Of a stretch of 64,000 nt of DNA, positions 41,087-54,437 are shown piece by piece (position 1 is the stretch's first letter; each line of letters starts with the position of its first letter). The notes beneath the pieces were generated by a model that saw nothing but the letters and a program-made list of their open reading frames with translations, made no database searches and had not been told where the DNA came from. Source of the DNA: Eukaryota sp. TZLM1-RC (Eukaryota; Protista; Metamonada: BaSk clade). The translations under genes were made by a program, and so were the position numbers. Where the stretch lies: positions 992,001 to 1,056,000 of the forward strand of contig JAUPSS010000003.1 of assembly GCA_040285825.1 (NCBI GenBank), given 5' to 3'.

Positions 41087-41232
41087 TGCATGAATTTCTA
41101 TCAAAACGCACTTCTGGCTTTTGACCAATTCATGCAATCTTGATAGACGTTAAGCTTACTTTAGTTCTATCAGTATGTTATCACGATCAAATCATAGTTA
41201 AAGCAGCAACATTACAATACATAAATAAACAC
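41087..41232 (-). ncRNA. Candidate omegaRNA scaffold downstream of Fanzor copy 2
   Basis: On the minus strand a 10-bp stem tctatcaaga/ttttgataga interleaves with a perfect 10-bp pairing tgcatgaatt/aattcatgca. Confidence 0.45.
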
Positions 41233-41865
41233 TTATCTACGGGGTCTCCGGAACGCCTCAGGTCTTTCATTGTAGTAGTGCTCACTTATGGCAATCTCCA
41301 GCTGGTTTCTGGAGGCTGAGATGTCCCTCGACCAGAGTGTCTGACATTGAGGGCAAACAAACTTTTCATTGTTCACTCTCCCATCATCGTGATACAACTT
41401 TTGATTGAATACCTTACAGCAATTCGTTTTGGCAGATGTGTAGAATTCATCTCCATTAGGCTTCACATATGTAAAATGTTTCTGAATCTCCTTCAAAAAG
41501 CGCTTCCTTGGGGTTTTCACAGATTGTCTTGATGGCCCATCACCTCCACTGCCAATCCAAATTATGGTTTCTCTTCCATTAGCCATTAGTTTAATTTTTT
41601 CAATAAATCCCATTATTCTTTTTTGCCTTCTTTTAAAAAAATCAAACTTGTTGCGGTGCAGGGCTCGGCGATCTCCATTTATCAGCAGTTGGTCTAATAT
41701 AGTTCTCGGACGGAAGTCGGGATTGCTGATTTCTTCCTGTGTCGGTACCCACATCAAAGGCATTGCTATTTCATTAAGATATTTGTGTAAATTCTTAGCG
41801 AAATAGCAATTTGGTGATGCATGGGTCAGGACCGGGGGGTGAATGATCTTCCTTGCCTTTGGAGA
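41233..41865 (-). pseudogene. Fanzor nuclease copy 2, C-terminal fragment fused to a non-LTR fragment
   Basis: RNKFDFF.RRQKR, IIWIGSG, GDEFYTSAK..CC, CPQC, WSRDISASRNQL; RuvC-I is absent. Confidence 0.85.
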
Positions 41866-42100
41866 GCGCCATAAATAGATATATACTCTTTTCATTGTTT
41901 TTTATTGAACCATTTTTTTGGAAATCATTCAAAAAAATGGGAAAGCAATAAAAACAAGTGGTCTATTTCTATCAGCATTAGCTTCTTCAATATTTTTATC
42001 ATATTTTCTATGTTTTTCGTTTGCTTTAAATTGAAGAGCATCTACAGGATTAAGTTTCCTTCTATGAACCAAAGTGTCGTCTGCAACATTACAGGAGACA
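41866..42100 (-). mobile_element. Fragment of the non-LTR family A RLE region
   Basis: KYDKNIEEANADRNRPLVFIAFPF...KTMKRVYIYLW matches the C-terminus of ORF 4727-7354. Confidence 0.85.
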
Positions 42101-42261
42101 ATGAACTTCTACTAAAACTAGATCATCAACCTATGAATTATCCTATTAGTTGAGGTAAGCAAAAGAGGTTTATGTGTCGCTACAAATTCTTGAACAAATT
42201 GATCTACTACAGTAGTTGTAATTTCCAATAGAAGTTCGAGAACAATGTATTCGAATAAAAC

Positions 42262-42321
42262 TTTGAGACACATGTCAATGAACAAAAACTAGTTCGGCGT
42301 ACGTTCGGAATGCTAACACTG
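42262..42321 (-). mobile_element. Second copy of the hAT-like terminus, truncating Fanzor copy 3
   Basis: cagtgttagcattccgaacgtacgccgaactagtttttgttcatt. Confidence 0.5.
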
Positions 42322-42777
42322 GGCAGATGCCATGAATTCATCTCCAATTTTCACATTGGAACAGTGTCTCTTTATTTAGAAACCTCGTAGTTGGGATGTT
42401 GACGGATTGTCGAGAAGGTCCATTAACACCATTACCAAACCAAATAATAGTTTTCCTGTAATTGGCTAGTGTTTTGATTTTGTTAATAAATTAATCTCTA
42501 TTGTCTTAAAATATAATCATATTTATTTCGTTGCCAATTGCTCTCTGTACTATTGGTCAATGTTCGCAAAACCAAAGAAACTGTTCCCTGCTTGTCATTC
42601 TTACTCTTGAAGCTATTTCCATGAGATACCTGTTAAAGCTCTCAACGAAATAGATGTTGACAGAGGATCGAGTGAGCGGTTTTGGAAAATCAATTACTTT
42701 TACTTTCGGGCTCAGAAGAATTCAAGATTGTTCAACCATTACCCCATTATCTTGTGAAAAATGCCCAGTTGTCCAAC
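42322..42777 (-). pseudogene. Fanzor copy 3, 3' part
   Basis: FINKIKTLANYRKTIIWFGNG..GPSRQSV...VKIGDEFMASA with stops and frameshifts. Confidence 0.8.
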
Positions 42778-42970
42778 TGATGCCTGTGGGCTAGGGTTAG
42801 ACATATGTATAGAGAGAGAGAGTAATAGATTACGACGGGAAATGAGCTATAGTGAATTTCAATACCATCATTAGTGAAGTCTCCATGAACGAACAACAAA
42901 TAAACATTAAGCTAATATCTAAGAATAAATAGATGAGTCTATCTACACTCTAATATTGTAAAGACTAACA
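42778..42970 (-). repeat. 3' LTR of element 3 (193 bp)
   Basis: Direct repeat of 47629-47819. Confidence 0.93.
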
Positions 42971-45900
42971 CTACTTCTTCCCCTCCTTTCGACTGTCTCT
43001 TTTAGCTCTTCTACGAGGTTGCTTGCGAGTAGGTTGGCCAGCAGGGGGTCGCGACTTATTAGTCTGGAGGAAAGCTTGATAGGCCTTAGTGCTCTTAATG
43101 CGGTCGACAGGCTCAGTGCCTCGTACATCTCCAGCATATACAACTTGACACTCGTTACCATCTTGGCTCAGAACTTTTAATAAAAGATGTTCCTCAGTAT
43201 CACCTGAGGCCACGATACGATGAAACTCATCATCAGTGGGTTTATCAGAATGGTACAATTTGCATTGAGAAATGCTAGCCTTAGTTTCGACACCTGTGAT
43301 CAAGTTCTTTATTAATAAAGTTGATTTGCTAGGTTTGTCGATGACCAGATATGGGCCCAGATAATTCCCATGTAATTTGGAGTTACTAAATGATTTGAGG
43401 ATTAAGCATCCAACTTTTTATAGCAGGTTACTCGTGCTTGGCTTCTCCTGCAGCGATTTCGATGTTTGGGTGATTTATGCTTTTTTTCGTTCTTCTTTCA
43501 ATCGATTGAATTTAGATTGGATATCCAGAATGAAAGGAACCTCAGTGGTAGCCTTTTCGATGGTGGAGAAAATTGATAAAGGATCAGCTCTGGGACTGAC
43601 GTCTGACCCAAACATAAGCTCGAATGGACTGAAACCTGTGACAGAGCTGTTCGAAGAATTCGTTAAGAGTTGTACGTAAGGAATGTATTTTGACCAGTTG
43701 TCATAGGCGTTAAAATCGATTAGGAGATTCCTAAGATCTTGTAAGATGACTCTACGACGTCGTTCAACTAGGCCATTTGATTGACCGAAATTTGGAATAC
43801 TGTTCGTCACGTCGATAGGCAAGAATTCGCAGAGTGATTTAAACACGTTGTTGGCGAATTCTGGGCCGTTGTCACTGTGAATGCTGTATGGTATAGCGAA
43901 GATTGCACACACACTCCAAATCAAAGCGTCGTCTGTCAGCCTTGCGTTTAATTCTTTTAGGTGTACGAGGATTGTATACCGAGTAAACTGTCCACAAAAA
44001 CTAAGATGTACTTATTGGTCTCTTGATCTGGAGGGTGAGGGCCAATGGTAATCCACGTTCAACCTCGCGAAGGATTTGTCAGCCCAGAGAGATCCGGTGG
44101 ATGGAGTGATAGATTTGGGGACAGGTGCCGTTTTCTGACATGATGGACAAGAACGCACGTGGTTCTTCATATCATCAGTCATACTGGGCCGGTAGTAGTC
44201 GGTAGAGGATAGCCTGCGTAAACACTCAGACATACACCGCCTGATACATAACCGTGAATGATCAAGAGCGTGTCGTTGATGAGTAATGACGGGATGATTA
44301 TCTTGCCTGATTTGTTAAGGTAGAGGTCAAGATGATTGACGGAACAGTTATTAAATGAACGTTCGTGAGCTGCAACAGCTTGTCTTTGTTCTGAACGGAT
44401 TCTACTCAACCATGGATCGATCATGGGGATTGCAGATGCACATTTCTCTTTTAAAATGAGGATTTGGTGAGTATCCCGAAGGTTGTTTGAATCTGGAAGA
44501 GCAGAGTCGTCTGATGGATTATAGTTTCTGATATAATAAATTGGGTGAAACCGTTCATATGTGATCTCGCTCGCTAAAAAATGAGCGTTGCTTGTGTTTA
44601 TGCGTACAGGATCGGTCGTTGGGACCTGTCTGGATAGTATGTCTGCCCAGTAGTTGTTCTCCCCCGAGGTGTGTACCAACTCGAAGTCGAACTCACTGAG
44701 TATTGGTAACCAACGTGTGACAATTCGATTCTTATCAGGAACTGTTACCAGATATGAGAGGTTCCTGTGATCTGTGAATATCGTTAGCTTCCTACTTTTG
44801 AAATAGCTCTCGATGCATAATTCTGTTAGGATAAGAAGTATAGCGTAAAGCTCTTCTGCATCGTTGACCAATTCTTTTGGGAATCGGAGAGAATCCTGCT
44901 GAAGAAACTGATAGGTCTGATAGGTTGAGAGGAGTGCCATTGTGTTCACAAAGATCATATTCTTCCCAGATCACGCCGCCAATAGCAAAGTCTGATGCGT
45001 CACAACTAATAAGGACACCGTTATCTGCGGGGGGTAAACTCAATGGCATATTCTCTTTTATGAGTTGTTTGATCTTGTTGAAACGGAGTTTATGATCTGA
45101 GGTCCACTCGATACGGTGGGGGTTTCCTCTAGTAAGCTCGATGATAGGAGATATGATTTCGGATATGTATCCGAATTCAGCGAGTCTCTAATGTAGTTGA
45201 TGGATCCTACAAAACTTCTGACGTCTTTCACTGTCTTAAGAGCTGGAAGCTCGACCAATCCAGTTAGTCGTGAGGGATCGATTTGGCGTGTACCATTGAC
45301 GAAGATACTACCGATAATCTTGATTTCATGATCTTTAGACTTGAAATGGAATTTAGGTAGGCCAAGGCTGACCCGTTTTTCTTTAGCGCGGAAGAGGACG
45401 GCTTTGCGCCTGTCGATGAATTCAGGAAGGGTATTAACTATGATAATGACATCGTTTATGTAGATAAAAACGCCTCCGATGCTAAACATGTTGGACATTA
45501 CGTTTTGAAACACTCCGGGGACGTTCTTGAGAAGGAAACATGCCCTGTTGAAGTAGCTAATACTGCCACCTGGAATGCTGAATGTGGTTTTCTCGATGAC
45601 TCTTTCGTTGATCTTGAGTTGCCAAGATGCTTTTGGGAGATCAAGTGTTCAAATGTAATTAGCTTGAGATAAGAACTCTAATACATCAGAGATCTTTGGA
45701 AGGTTTGGAGCGATGGAAATAGTGTTCGCATTGACTCCATTCGGACCATTGAAATCGCCTGTAAGGCGTGGTTTCCGATGATCAGGATAAACTACAAAAA
45801 CAACTGGGGAGCTGAATCTGCCATTGGATTCTGTGGCGAAACCAGATTCGATTAACTCACCAAAGATTTGGTTGGCGATATTTAGTCGTTCAGGGTTTAA

Positions 45901-47628
45901 CCTGCAAGGTGGACGATAAACAACAGTGTCTTCATTGTAGAAATCGATGTCCATGGAGTTGCAGTCGATGCCGTCTTCATGAGGTTTCAACGTGAAAACA
46001 TCTTTGAACTTTTCGAGAGTTGCGAGGAGCTGTTGATTTTCTGATTGTTTGTTGAGCTTTGTTTGACAACCTGACGAGTTGATGTGATCTTCGAATGTTT
46101 TTGACAATTTAAAATCAGATATCTGTAAAATTCTGTGATCAAACTCGGATTCAGGTAACATTAGTGTTCTGTGAAGCTCATCGAGGTGATTGTATACCCT
46201 GTCGTTGTTCATGAGGCGGAGTTCATATAGAATGTCTATTCCTATAATTAAGATGTTGTTGCCTGGAACGATTGGTAACGATTTGGTAAGATGCACAACT
46301 TTGGCAATGCTGCCGACATTGAAGGATAGGACACCTTTGGCATTGCCGTCAGAGTTTGATGGTTCTCCGTTAACACCAATAAATTTGACAGATTTAGAGC
46401 TGTTTTCCATCTTGCATTTTGTGGATAGGTCTCTTGAGATGACAGATATGGATGCTCCACTATCAATGAGACCAGATACCTCTATGTTATTAGTCTGTAA
46501 TTAGAGTTCTATAAACTTGGGACAATTAATTGATTTATTGGCACAAACAGAAGACAAACTAAAAATTCTATTGATATTTGAAAATTCAGTGTGGGGAAAA
46601 GATGTGCTCAATGGATTTATGAGGCGTTTGGAGGGAATTCGTGTGATTGTAGGGAAACAGCGAGAGGGGCTGTCCCTGATGTTGGTGGTGACTCGGATGT
46701 TTTATGCAAGCCAAGAGAGTCGAAATCCACCGCGTTAGATGGAAGAAGGATGGGAGGAGAAGTGTCGAGATCCGAAACGGACATATTTCCAGAGAGGGGT
46801 TTGGGGATGGAGGGATCAGGAGAGAGAACTTGACCCCTGGGTACCCAGAAGACGCATGGGTTACCGTCTTCATCCTCACCATGAACAGCTATCTTTCTTT
46901 TGGCGAGAAGGTATGGGAGTGGTTTCGGGATTAGCTGAAAGGCCTGAAAATAGGAGAGTTTTCCAACGAGTTCCATACTGTCGACAGCTCCTGACCGTAA
47001 GCACTACGAGCGGCGAAAACGTGGCCTGGATTGAATTCGACTGCTGTCTCTATCCAAACGGAATGGATAGAAATCCATGAGGCAATCCGAATCTGGATGA
47101 GTCAAAGGATCATAGGGTTAGGGCATCAGCAAGAACTTAAAGTTGTGTCCATCTTCTTCAACCGAAGGAATCCGAGGAGGAGACTCGTTTAAAAACATTT
47201 GAATCATGAACTGCTCGAAATAACTCCTTAGGAACACGAGTAGCAACCTCTGACTTCAAGGCGAGTAAATCCAGGAAATTTAATAGTGTTAAATCCCTAC
47301 GGAATTTCTCAATGGTATACTGCCACTTGGATGTAGTAGGAGTAGATACCTTGGGAGAAGTAGAGGAGGGACGAACCTGACCAGTAGAATCTGTTGACTC
47401 CTTGGAAGCCGTGGAGGTAGACTCCCCTTTCGAGGTGTCTGCGTTGGCTTCTTCAGGAGAAGAAAAATCCTTGGCAGGAGTGAAGGCGTCCCCCTCTGAG
47501 TCCTGAGGATTGTTGGCGTGATGGGAGGCGAAATCCCTACGGCCGAGATTGGGGTTGGTTTCACCCGAAACTGAGGCAGTATCCAGAGATGCATGTTGTT
47601 CGTTAGCCGATGAACGGCCAATAATTAT

Positions 47629-47819
47629 TGATGCCTGTGGGCTAGGGTTAGGCATATGTACAGAGAGAGAGTAATTTATTACGACAAGAAATGAGCTATA
47701 GTGTATTTCAATACCATCATTAGTGAAGTCTCCATGAATGAACAACAAATAAACATTAAGCTAATATACAAGAATAAATAGATAAGTCTATCTACATCCC
47801 AATAGTGTTAAGACTAACA
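47629..47819 (-). repeat. 5' LTR of element 3 (191 bp)
   Basis: TG...CA; roughly 16 substitutions and one 2-bp indel against the 3' LTR (manual count). Confidence 0.93.
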
Positions 47820-48330
47820 CAACCACATAAATTTGAATAGATTAGATCAACCATGACGGGAACAAGGTCTTCTCTCCTGAGCAAATTCTGAGATTGTAAA
47901 GAGCAGTCTTGAGACTTTCTTGGCATTTTCCTCGGTCGGTTAGCACGCCCATTTATTCTCATATTTCGTCTTCTAGTGGACTCTTGCAAATTTGGACGAT
48001 TCTGATACAATGCTTGCATTTCTGAATTTTGTTTCACCTGTGGTGGGTTTTTTGGGCTTCATCGAAACAGTGAAGCGCGATGAGAGTCCATTAATAGAAA
48101 ATGCGAACGTTTTCAATTTTTTGGAATCAATTTTCTAGATCCGCTTTTCAACAATACATTGATAGACCGGCCTTTTACAGAATGTTCTTAGGTGTAAATA
48201 ACAAAGTACAAGTAATTTCATCCATCAAACATTTCTTGTCAATTCTGATGTACAATTTTTTCAGAGACAGGGCATGAAAGTACAAAATCTCCTCCTCTCC
48301 AAAATACTTATCAATTTTTTAAAAACATCA
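47820..48330 (-). pseudogene. Fanzor copy 3, 5' part (upstream limit approximate)
   Basis: INGLSSRFTV and VPVMVDLIYSNLCG correspond to NGDSLRFTF and FFVAIDPNHSNLCG of copy 1. Confidence 0.7.
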
Positions 48331-49032
48331 TGACCTCCAAATGACAGTCCTAATTTAAATCAATCTTGATTAATCCTCATTTTTGAATATTTTGTTAACA
48401 TGAGGAATATCAAAGTTCAAAATACTAAAACCAATTGATATATTAGGATTTTACGTTTTTGACAGTTGACATTTTTTCCTTCAACTTTACAAACTCAAAT
48501 TCAATCTGTTGTCAAGTAATATGGGGAACAACATTGGAAATTAGCTTCCCTCAAGAGTTAAAGCCAAAAAGTCAAGGTGCACTTGCAGAAATTAATATTA
48601 TTTTGTATCATCTCAAAGTTCAACATTAGATGCAATATTGGGTAAATTGATTGAGTTAAGGGATTCTCGTTACAGAAGCTCGTCTCTTTCTCAGTTGCTG
48701 ATTAAGTTGATTAACTTGATTTTTTTGAGTGACTTTTGTACAAAGAATTTCTTGGTCTCAAAGGATTGTCTTCAATTTCGACACAACTCTGGAAACAACA
48801 TTTGTTCTGATTGACAAGATAATTGCTTTGAGCGGATTTAATTTACTTAGAATTGCTCCAAAACAGAATTTGTTTCAAGACATAAACTAGTCCACATGAA
48901 CCCATTTTTATGGATTTTACTTGCTTTATCTTTCTTGGATGATTTTGTTGAAATTGTAAAACAACGTACAGGAAGAATTTGTTTTAAATAAGAAATTCAT
49001 TTTCAACGCTAACAAAACATTAAACAAAAAAA

Positions 49033-52000
49033 CTAGAACTCAATATCCTCAATACACGCATCGACATCATCAAATCTTTTAAGCGCACGATTTTCATACT
49101 CTATTCCTAATGGTAATAGTGCTTTGGTCCAAATTTCTGGAATTGCTTTAGGAATACTAAAAACAATTCTATTGTGCCAGAAATTGAAGTTCAATTCTTT
49201 TCCTGCTCCTTCTTTTATTAATCTTCTGCAACCTTCGAGAAATTTAATGCCAGATATTTCAATGTTACCAAAAAGAGAAACAGCAAATGGAACCAGCTGA
49301 TACTTGACATGCTCAACACATCCTAGCTGAGATAAGGGTTCATTGTACTTTTTGATTTTGCTCTCTTCAGCAAAGCAAAGTGGAGTTTCATCTTTTTTGG
49401 AAAAATCAATTGCTGAGTCTTTACAAACATCATCAGTGACAACATCAACAACTTTGATCACACCATCAGACCCAGGGGTAATTAAATCAGCACGGCGTTT
49501 CCCAGAAGTATTTTCATCTTCATTTTCAGATGACAACCTTCGCACAAGTGGTTCAACAAAAGCTTCCATGTGATGACTTTTGCACATAGCGTATAGTTGG
49601 TCTCTAACAGCATCGTGAACAACTGAGCGATATGTAAAATTAAATTTGCAATTAAATAAATGATTCAGATTGATGGCTGACCACAACGACAAATCAAATC
49701 ATTTGGCACACTACATGGCCATAGAAAACACCTCATCCTAAAGGCAGTTGTCCATTGATGATCATTTAATAATAAACCATATACATTTGGAATCTGGGAA
49801 ATGAGATAACTTGAGCTACTTTCCTTATGATCAATTGAAAAGTTTGCAAAAGGGATTCTTTTCTTTAGCCAAGCTAAGACGAACAGTAAAATTCAAGTTT
49901 TCAAAAACTTTTAATATTTTTTTCTGTAATTTAGCATATGCAAATTTCAAGGAAATCAAACTCCTGGGTGGAATTTCTTGAATATCAGCAGGAAAGCATT
50001 TGGACCATATGTGAAGAGAGATACATTCAATTTCATTCTGCAAGGACACTAAATAGTCACTAACACAATATTCTATTAAATGTTGGTTTTCAAAAAAACG
50101 TTTCAAAAATTCAAAAACGAAATTTTTGCCTCCACCGATAAATGCAGCTTTACACAAATATTTAGATTTGTGAAAATCCAGGCCTCCCAATTCTGTGCTA
50201 CAAAAAATATGACTGCGTAAATAAGAAGAATCAATGTCAAGCAAATTAACCAAAAATTTTGTTCTTAATTCATTGAAAATTTTGCAAAATTCGAGAGATA
50301 TAGATGGTGACGTTGATCGTAGGATACGAGTAAATTTCCCTGAATAACAAATTCTGAGGAAGAAAAATTTAAGATGTTTTTCAATATTTAAATCTGAAAG
50401 AACCATCAATTCTTCTTCAAAATTATCCAAAAGAGAGGAAAGTTGATTTCGAATATCATCAAAATTGCCTAAATAACAACCTAAAAAACGAAATCCTGAT
50501 TCAAATTAATTGATAAAAGGAACACTTTGATCATCAATAATGAAATCAGCAGGCTCTCTACCAAGCAATAAACATTTGAAAATATTTAGAGAAAGACCAA
50601 TTTGATAATACCGCTGTTGAACAATTTCAGCAATTGTTCTCAATGAATCAATTGGACCAATTAGTGATATGTCATCCATATAAGCAGTTATATGAACATC
50701 TGGAAATTCTTGTTTTAATTCACACATTAAAGGATGGATAGCAAGGCAGAAAAAGAAAGGACCTAATGGATCACCTTGTTTGACACCAGATGATGATATT
50801 AGATTGAATTCCTCATATACAAGAGTCGACTGTGAGCCATAAAAATTGTAAAAGAACGACTCAGCTTCTGGAAAATGAGTTTGAAGCAAGAGCAAGATCG
50901 ACGACCTCTTCACTGCATTGAAAGCGTTTTTAAAATCTAAATTAAAAATATAATTCGAAGTATTTGAATTAAAATAGACATCAGATGAGAGTGCTGCAGA
51001 AGATGCACCATCAATTGTTTTAATTCCAAATTGGAAAGGACTGAAAAAATCTTTAGCTTTTTTACCAATCCTGCCAAAAACAGCTGAAGCAAGAATACGA
51101 GACAAAGATTCACCAATTGCAGTAGGCCTTATTTTTGATTCATTCTTTTTTAAAGCAATTAAGCGTGAAATTGTCATTTCAGATGGAAGCTTGATATTTA
51201 ATGTTAAAATTTTGTTGAAAAAGAAAACCAAATCATCAATGCATTCAGGACATTGGTTCACCGTGGATTTTAACATGTCAAAAGTGATCATTGATGGACT
51301 AGGCGCTTTTCCAGATGGTAAGTGGTTAATCAATTTAAATAGTTCATCATTAGTTAGGGGATTTTGCTCCCAATAACTAACATTATTAGGCTTAGGGCAC
51401 TTAAAATTTCCAACAGGATGGAGACTATTAAGTTGAGCAATAGTATTTTCATTACATTCAGCAAGTTCAGATGAAAACAGGCATTGCTTAGCGGAACCAT
51501 AGCGTCCCTTTCAAGCTAATGTTCGAACAATTTTTCTGTCTTCATGACTGAAGGACGAAATTTTGATTTCGATGACAATAATTTTTTATCTTTAAGGAAA
51601 AAAAATTTCCATAGCGGTGTTACCTCCAATATGCCTTTTTTTAAATTAGTAGTAAATTTTCGAAAACTAATTGAAAAGGGGATACAAGATAGAGGACTTA
51701 TTTGTGATGGAACACGTATTGGAGGCCTCAAGGAATCAACAACTTTACAGGATTCGCAAAAACGTAATGTTCGGCCAGAAGAATTAATGCCCAAATTTTG
51801 AGTACAAAAAATACACTTATTATTCGGAGAATCATTGGATGAATTTACAGGTACTATTGCTGGTATTTCTTGATCAGCATTATCATCATTTATGGGTAAC
51901 GAAGAGAGTGATTGTTTCAAATCAGCAGATGCAGCACGAGCTTTTAATTGTTCTTGTTTTATTTGGGAACATGCTTTAACGTTATGTCTCGGTTGACGAC

Positions 52001-52200
52001 ATTTACCACAACTCTGAGAATGAACTTTTCCAGTTTTCAATGGCATTGGTTTCATTTTTTCAGTCATTTCTATTTTGTCAACTGCTGAGTTAGAAGTAGG
52101 TGTTCTGAATATTTTTCTGTTATTCGAGCCATGATTGTCATTGGCAGTAGTTTTTGCGGTTGTTCGAATTTTAGAAGGTGAAAACAGTTTTGCAGAAACA
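49033..52200 (-). mobile_element. Near full-length degenerate RLE non-LTR retrotransposon, family C
   Basis: N-terminal CGKC...H...C knuckle and CIFC/CESC motifs, RT (LDFKNAFN, GVKQGDPLGP, AYMDD), HDAVRD, EP...RADL...D...KIKKY; frameshifted. Confidence 0.9.
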
Positions 52201-52960
52201 GAGTTGTTGACAGAACGCGCAGCAGAACGTAAGGAACGAAATTGTGGCTTAAAAGGAGTGGAATTGATTTTTTGATTTTTTGATTTTTTGAATTTTTTCA
52301 ATTTTTTGTTGAAAATTTGAAGAGAAAATAGGGTATGTAGGACGATGACATGATGAAAATGAAGTAGGAAGAAGTGAACAGGCAGTATGAAATTCGCATG
52401 TATCATTAGTAATCCTTCGTTCAACAAATTTAGCATCCCAATTAGTGCCATTGTCACTATCTGAACTCATCAAGGAGAGTGCTACAGCTTAAGAAAGAAA
52501 CAGAGATAGATACGAAGTTGAATGGTGAGGTATGAGGGGAAGAATTTTTGACAAAACGTTTTGGCAGAACAGAATTCTATTTTCAATTTTTAAAGGTGTT
52601 GTACCGTTATTGTCTTCTGCTTTCCTATCTTTTGGTCGCTTTTATGAAGGAAAAACTTCCAGTCAATTTTTGTTGGTTGATTTGTTATATGAAGATTTAG
52701 AATTTTAATTTTTGTGTTCAGTTTTTTGAAAGTAATAAATTAAAAAAATTGAAAAGAAATTTTAGGGTTTTTTGTCTTCGTCAAACTGGAGTTCAAAAGA
52801 CCTGTGCTAATCGATTAACATTCCAAAAATATAACACTGAAATTTGTAAAGTCCACATTTTTAATCAACCATTACTAAATTTAGCAATAGCCTGAGGTGC
52901 AAATAGGGGAAATCGTGAAGACGGTGAAGGTTTGAAGCAAAACAAATTTTGCTTCATCTT

Positions 52961-54368
52961 TTTTTTTCAAATTTAATTTTATTCTAAACCTATAAATCAA
53001 CATCTAAAAAATCCATCTCTCCCAAAACAAAAACACTAGATGCAACTCTCTCATAGTGAGATCCAAGAGAAAGCAAAGCATCAGAAACCATCATCAACAT
53101 CCCCTTAAAAATAGAAAACACAATTCTATTTTGCCAATACAATCTGTTGAAATTTCTGCCAGTTCTTCTCTTTACAATCATTTCAAAATCATCCAAAAAA
53201 CGTAAAGCAGTTGGTGCAAGTGAACCAAAAAGGGAAAATACAAATGGATACAAATTGTATTTTGCATGCTGTAGACTTAGCCAATTTGGACAAAGGTTCA
53301 TTGTATTTTTTTGAATTTAAAATTTTCAGCATTTGAAAGGGGATTATGAATTTCAGAATTAACAAGCCTTTCATTTGAGGCATTACAAGGATCAACAGAC
53401 ATTACATCCAATAAAATGAAGCTTCCATCTAATCCAGGTAATATAACATCACCTCTATTATTCTTATGAAAATCATCTTCAGCATCAAACAGATTTGACA
53501 ACAGAGGTTCCAAGAAGGATTCAATTCTATGAGATTTACACATACAATATAACTGGTCTCTTACAGCATCATGAACCTTGCTTCTAAAAGTAATAAAATG
53601 TTTACAATTTAACAAATGAGTAGTTGTAATTACTCGAGAACATTTACAAATTAAATTATGAGGTAAATTATCAGGCCAGATAAAGGAACGAAATCTCATA
53701 TTCAGAGTCCAAGCAGAATCGGATAAGAGAGTACCATAAACTTGTGGAATTGTTGTTACTAAGGCAGAAGATGTACTGACACACATATCTTGTAAAAGAT
53801 TTGCAAAAGCGGGATTCTTTTTCTTGGCCAAGCCAAGTCTAACATCAAAATCCAAGCTTTCAAAAATCTTTGACAATTTTTGTTGAAGCTTTTTACAGCA
53901 AAACTGTAAATTAAATAGAGATCGGTTTGGAATTTCTTGAATTGATTGAGGAAAACATTTGGTCCAAATTTGTGGCGGTAATTTTTCAAGTTCACAAGAT
54001 AACTCATACAAATAGGGACTACAATTGGGGACTAACAGATGAGAATCATCAGGAAATCTACGAGAAAATTCATAAATAAAATTTTTGCCACCACCCAAGA
54101 ATGCTGATTGACACAAAATTGAAGATTTAGTAAAACCAATACCACCCAAATTTGCTGAAGAAAATAAATGGCTTTTCAACATTCCTGGTTCTACATCCAA
54201 TAAATCAGCAAAAAATTCTGTTCTCAATGAATTAAAAGAACGACAAAAATCTAATGCTATGGAAGGAGCACAAGATCTCAAAATGTGGGTTATTCTCCCA
54301 GTGTAGCAAATTTTAAGCATGAAAAATTTAATATGCTTTTCTATATCTAAAGAAGAAATTGAATCAAT
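52961..54368 (-). mobile_element. 5'-truncated non-LTR family B insertion with poly(A) and ~14-bp TSD
   Basis: ttttgcttcatctt at 52947-52960 and 54369-54382; T-run 52959-52967; ORFs 53298-54320 and 52990-53301. Confidence 0.93.
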
Positions 54369-54437
54369 TTTTGCTTCATCTTGACTTGTATTTTGGAGTA
54401 AAGGACACTTATTCCATTGTTATTAGACAATATAGCT

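Larger units (their letters stand above)
42778..47819 (-). mobile_element. Ty3/Gypsy-like LTR retrotransposon (element 3), degenerate, gag partly deleted
   Basis: LTRs at 47629-47819 and 42778-42970, TSD CAAC (42774-42777 / 47820-47823), PPT before the 3' LTR, fragmented PR/RT/RH/IN homologous to element 2. Confidence 0.95.
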
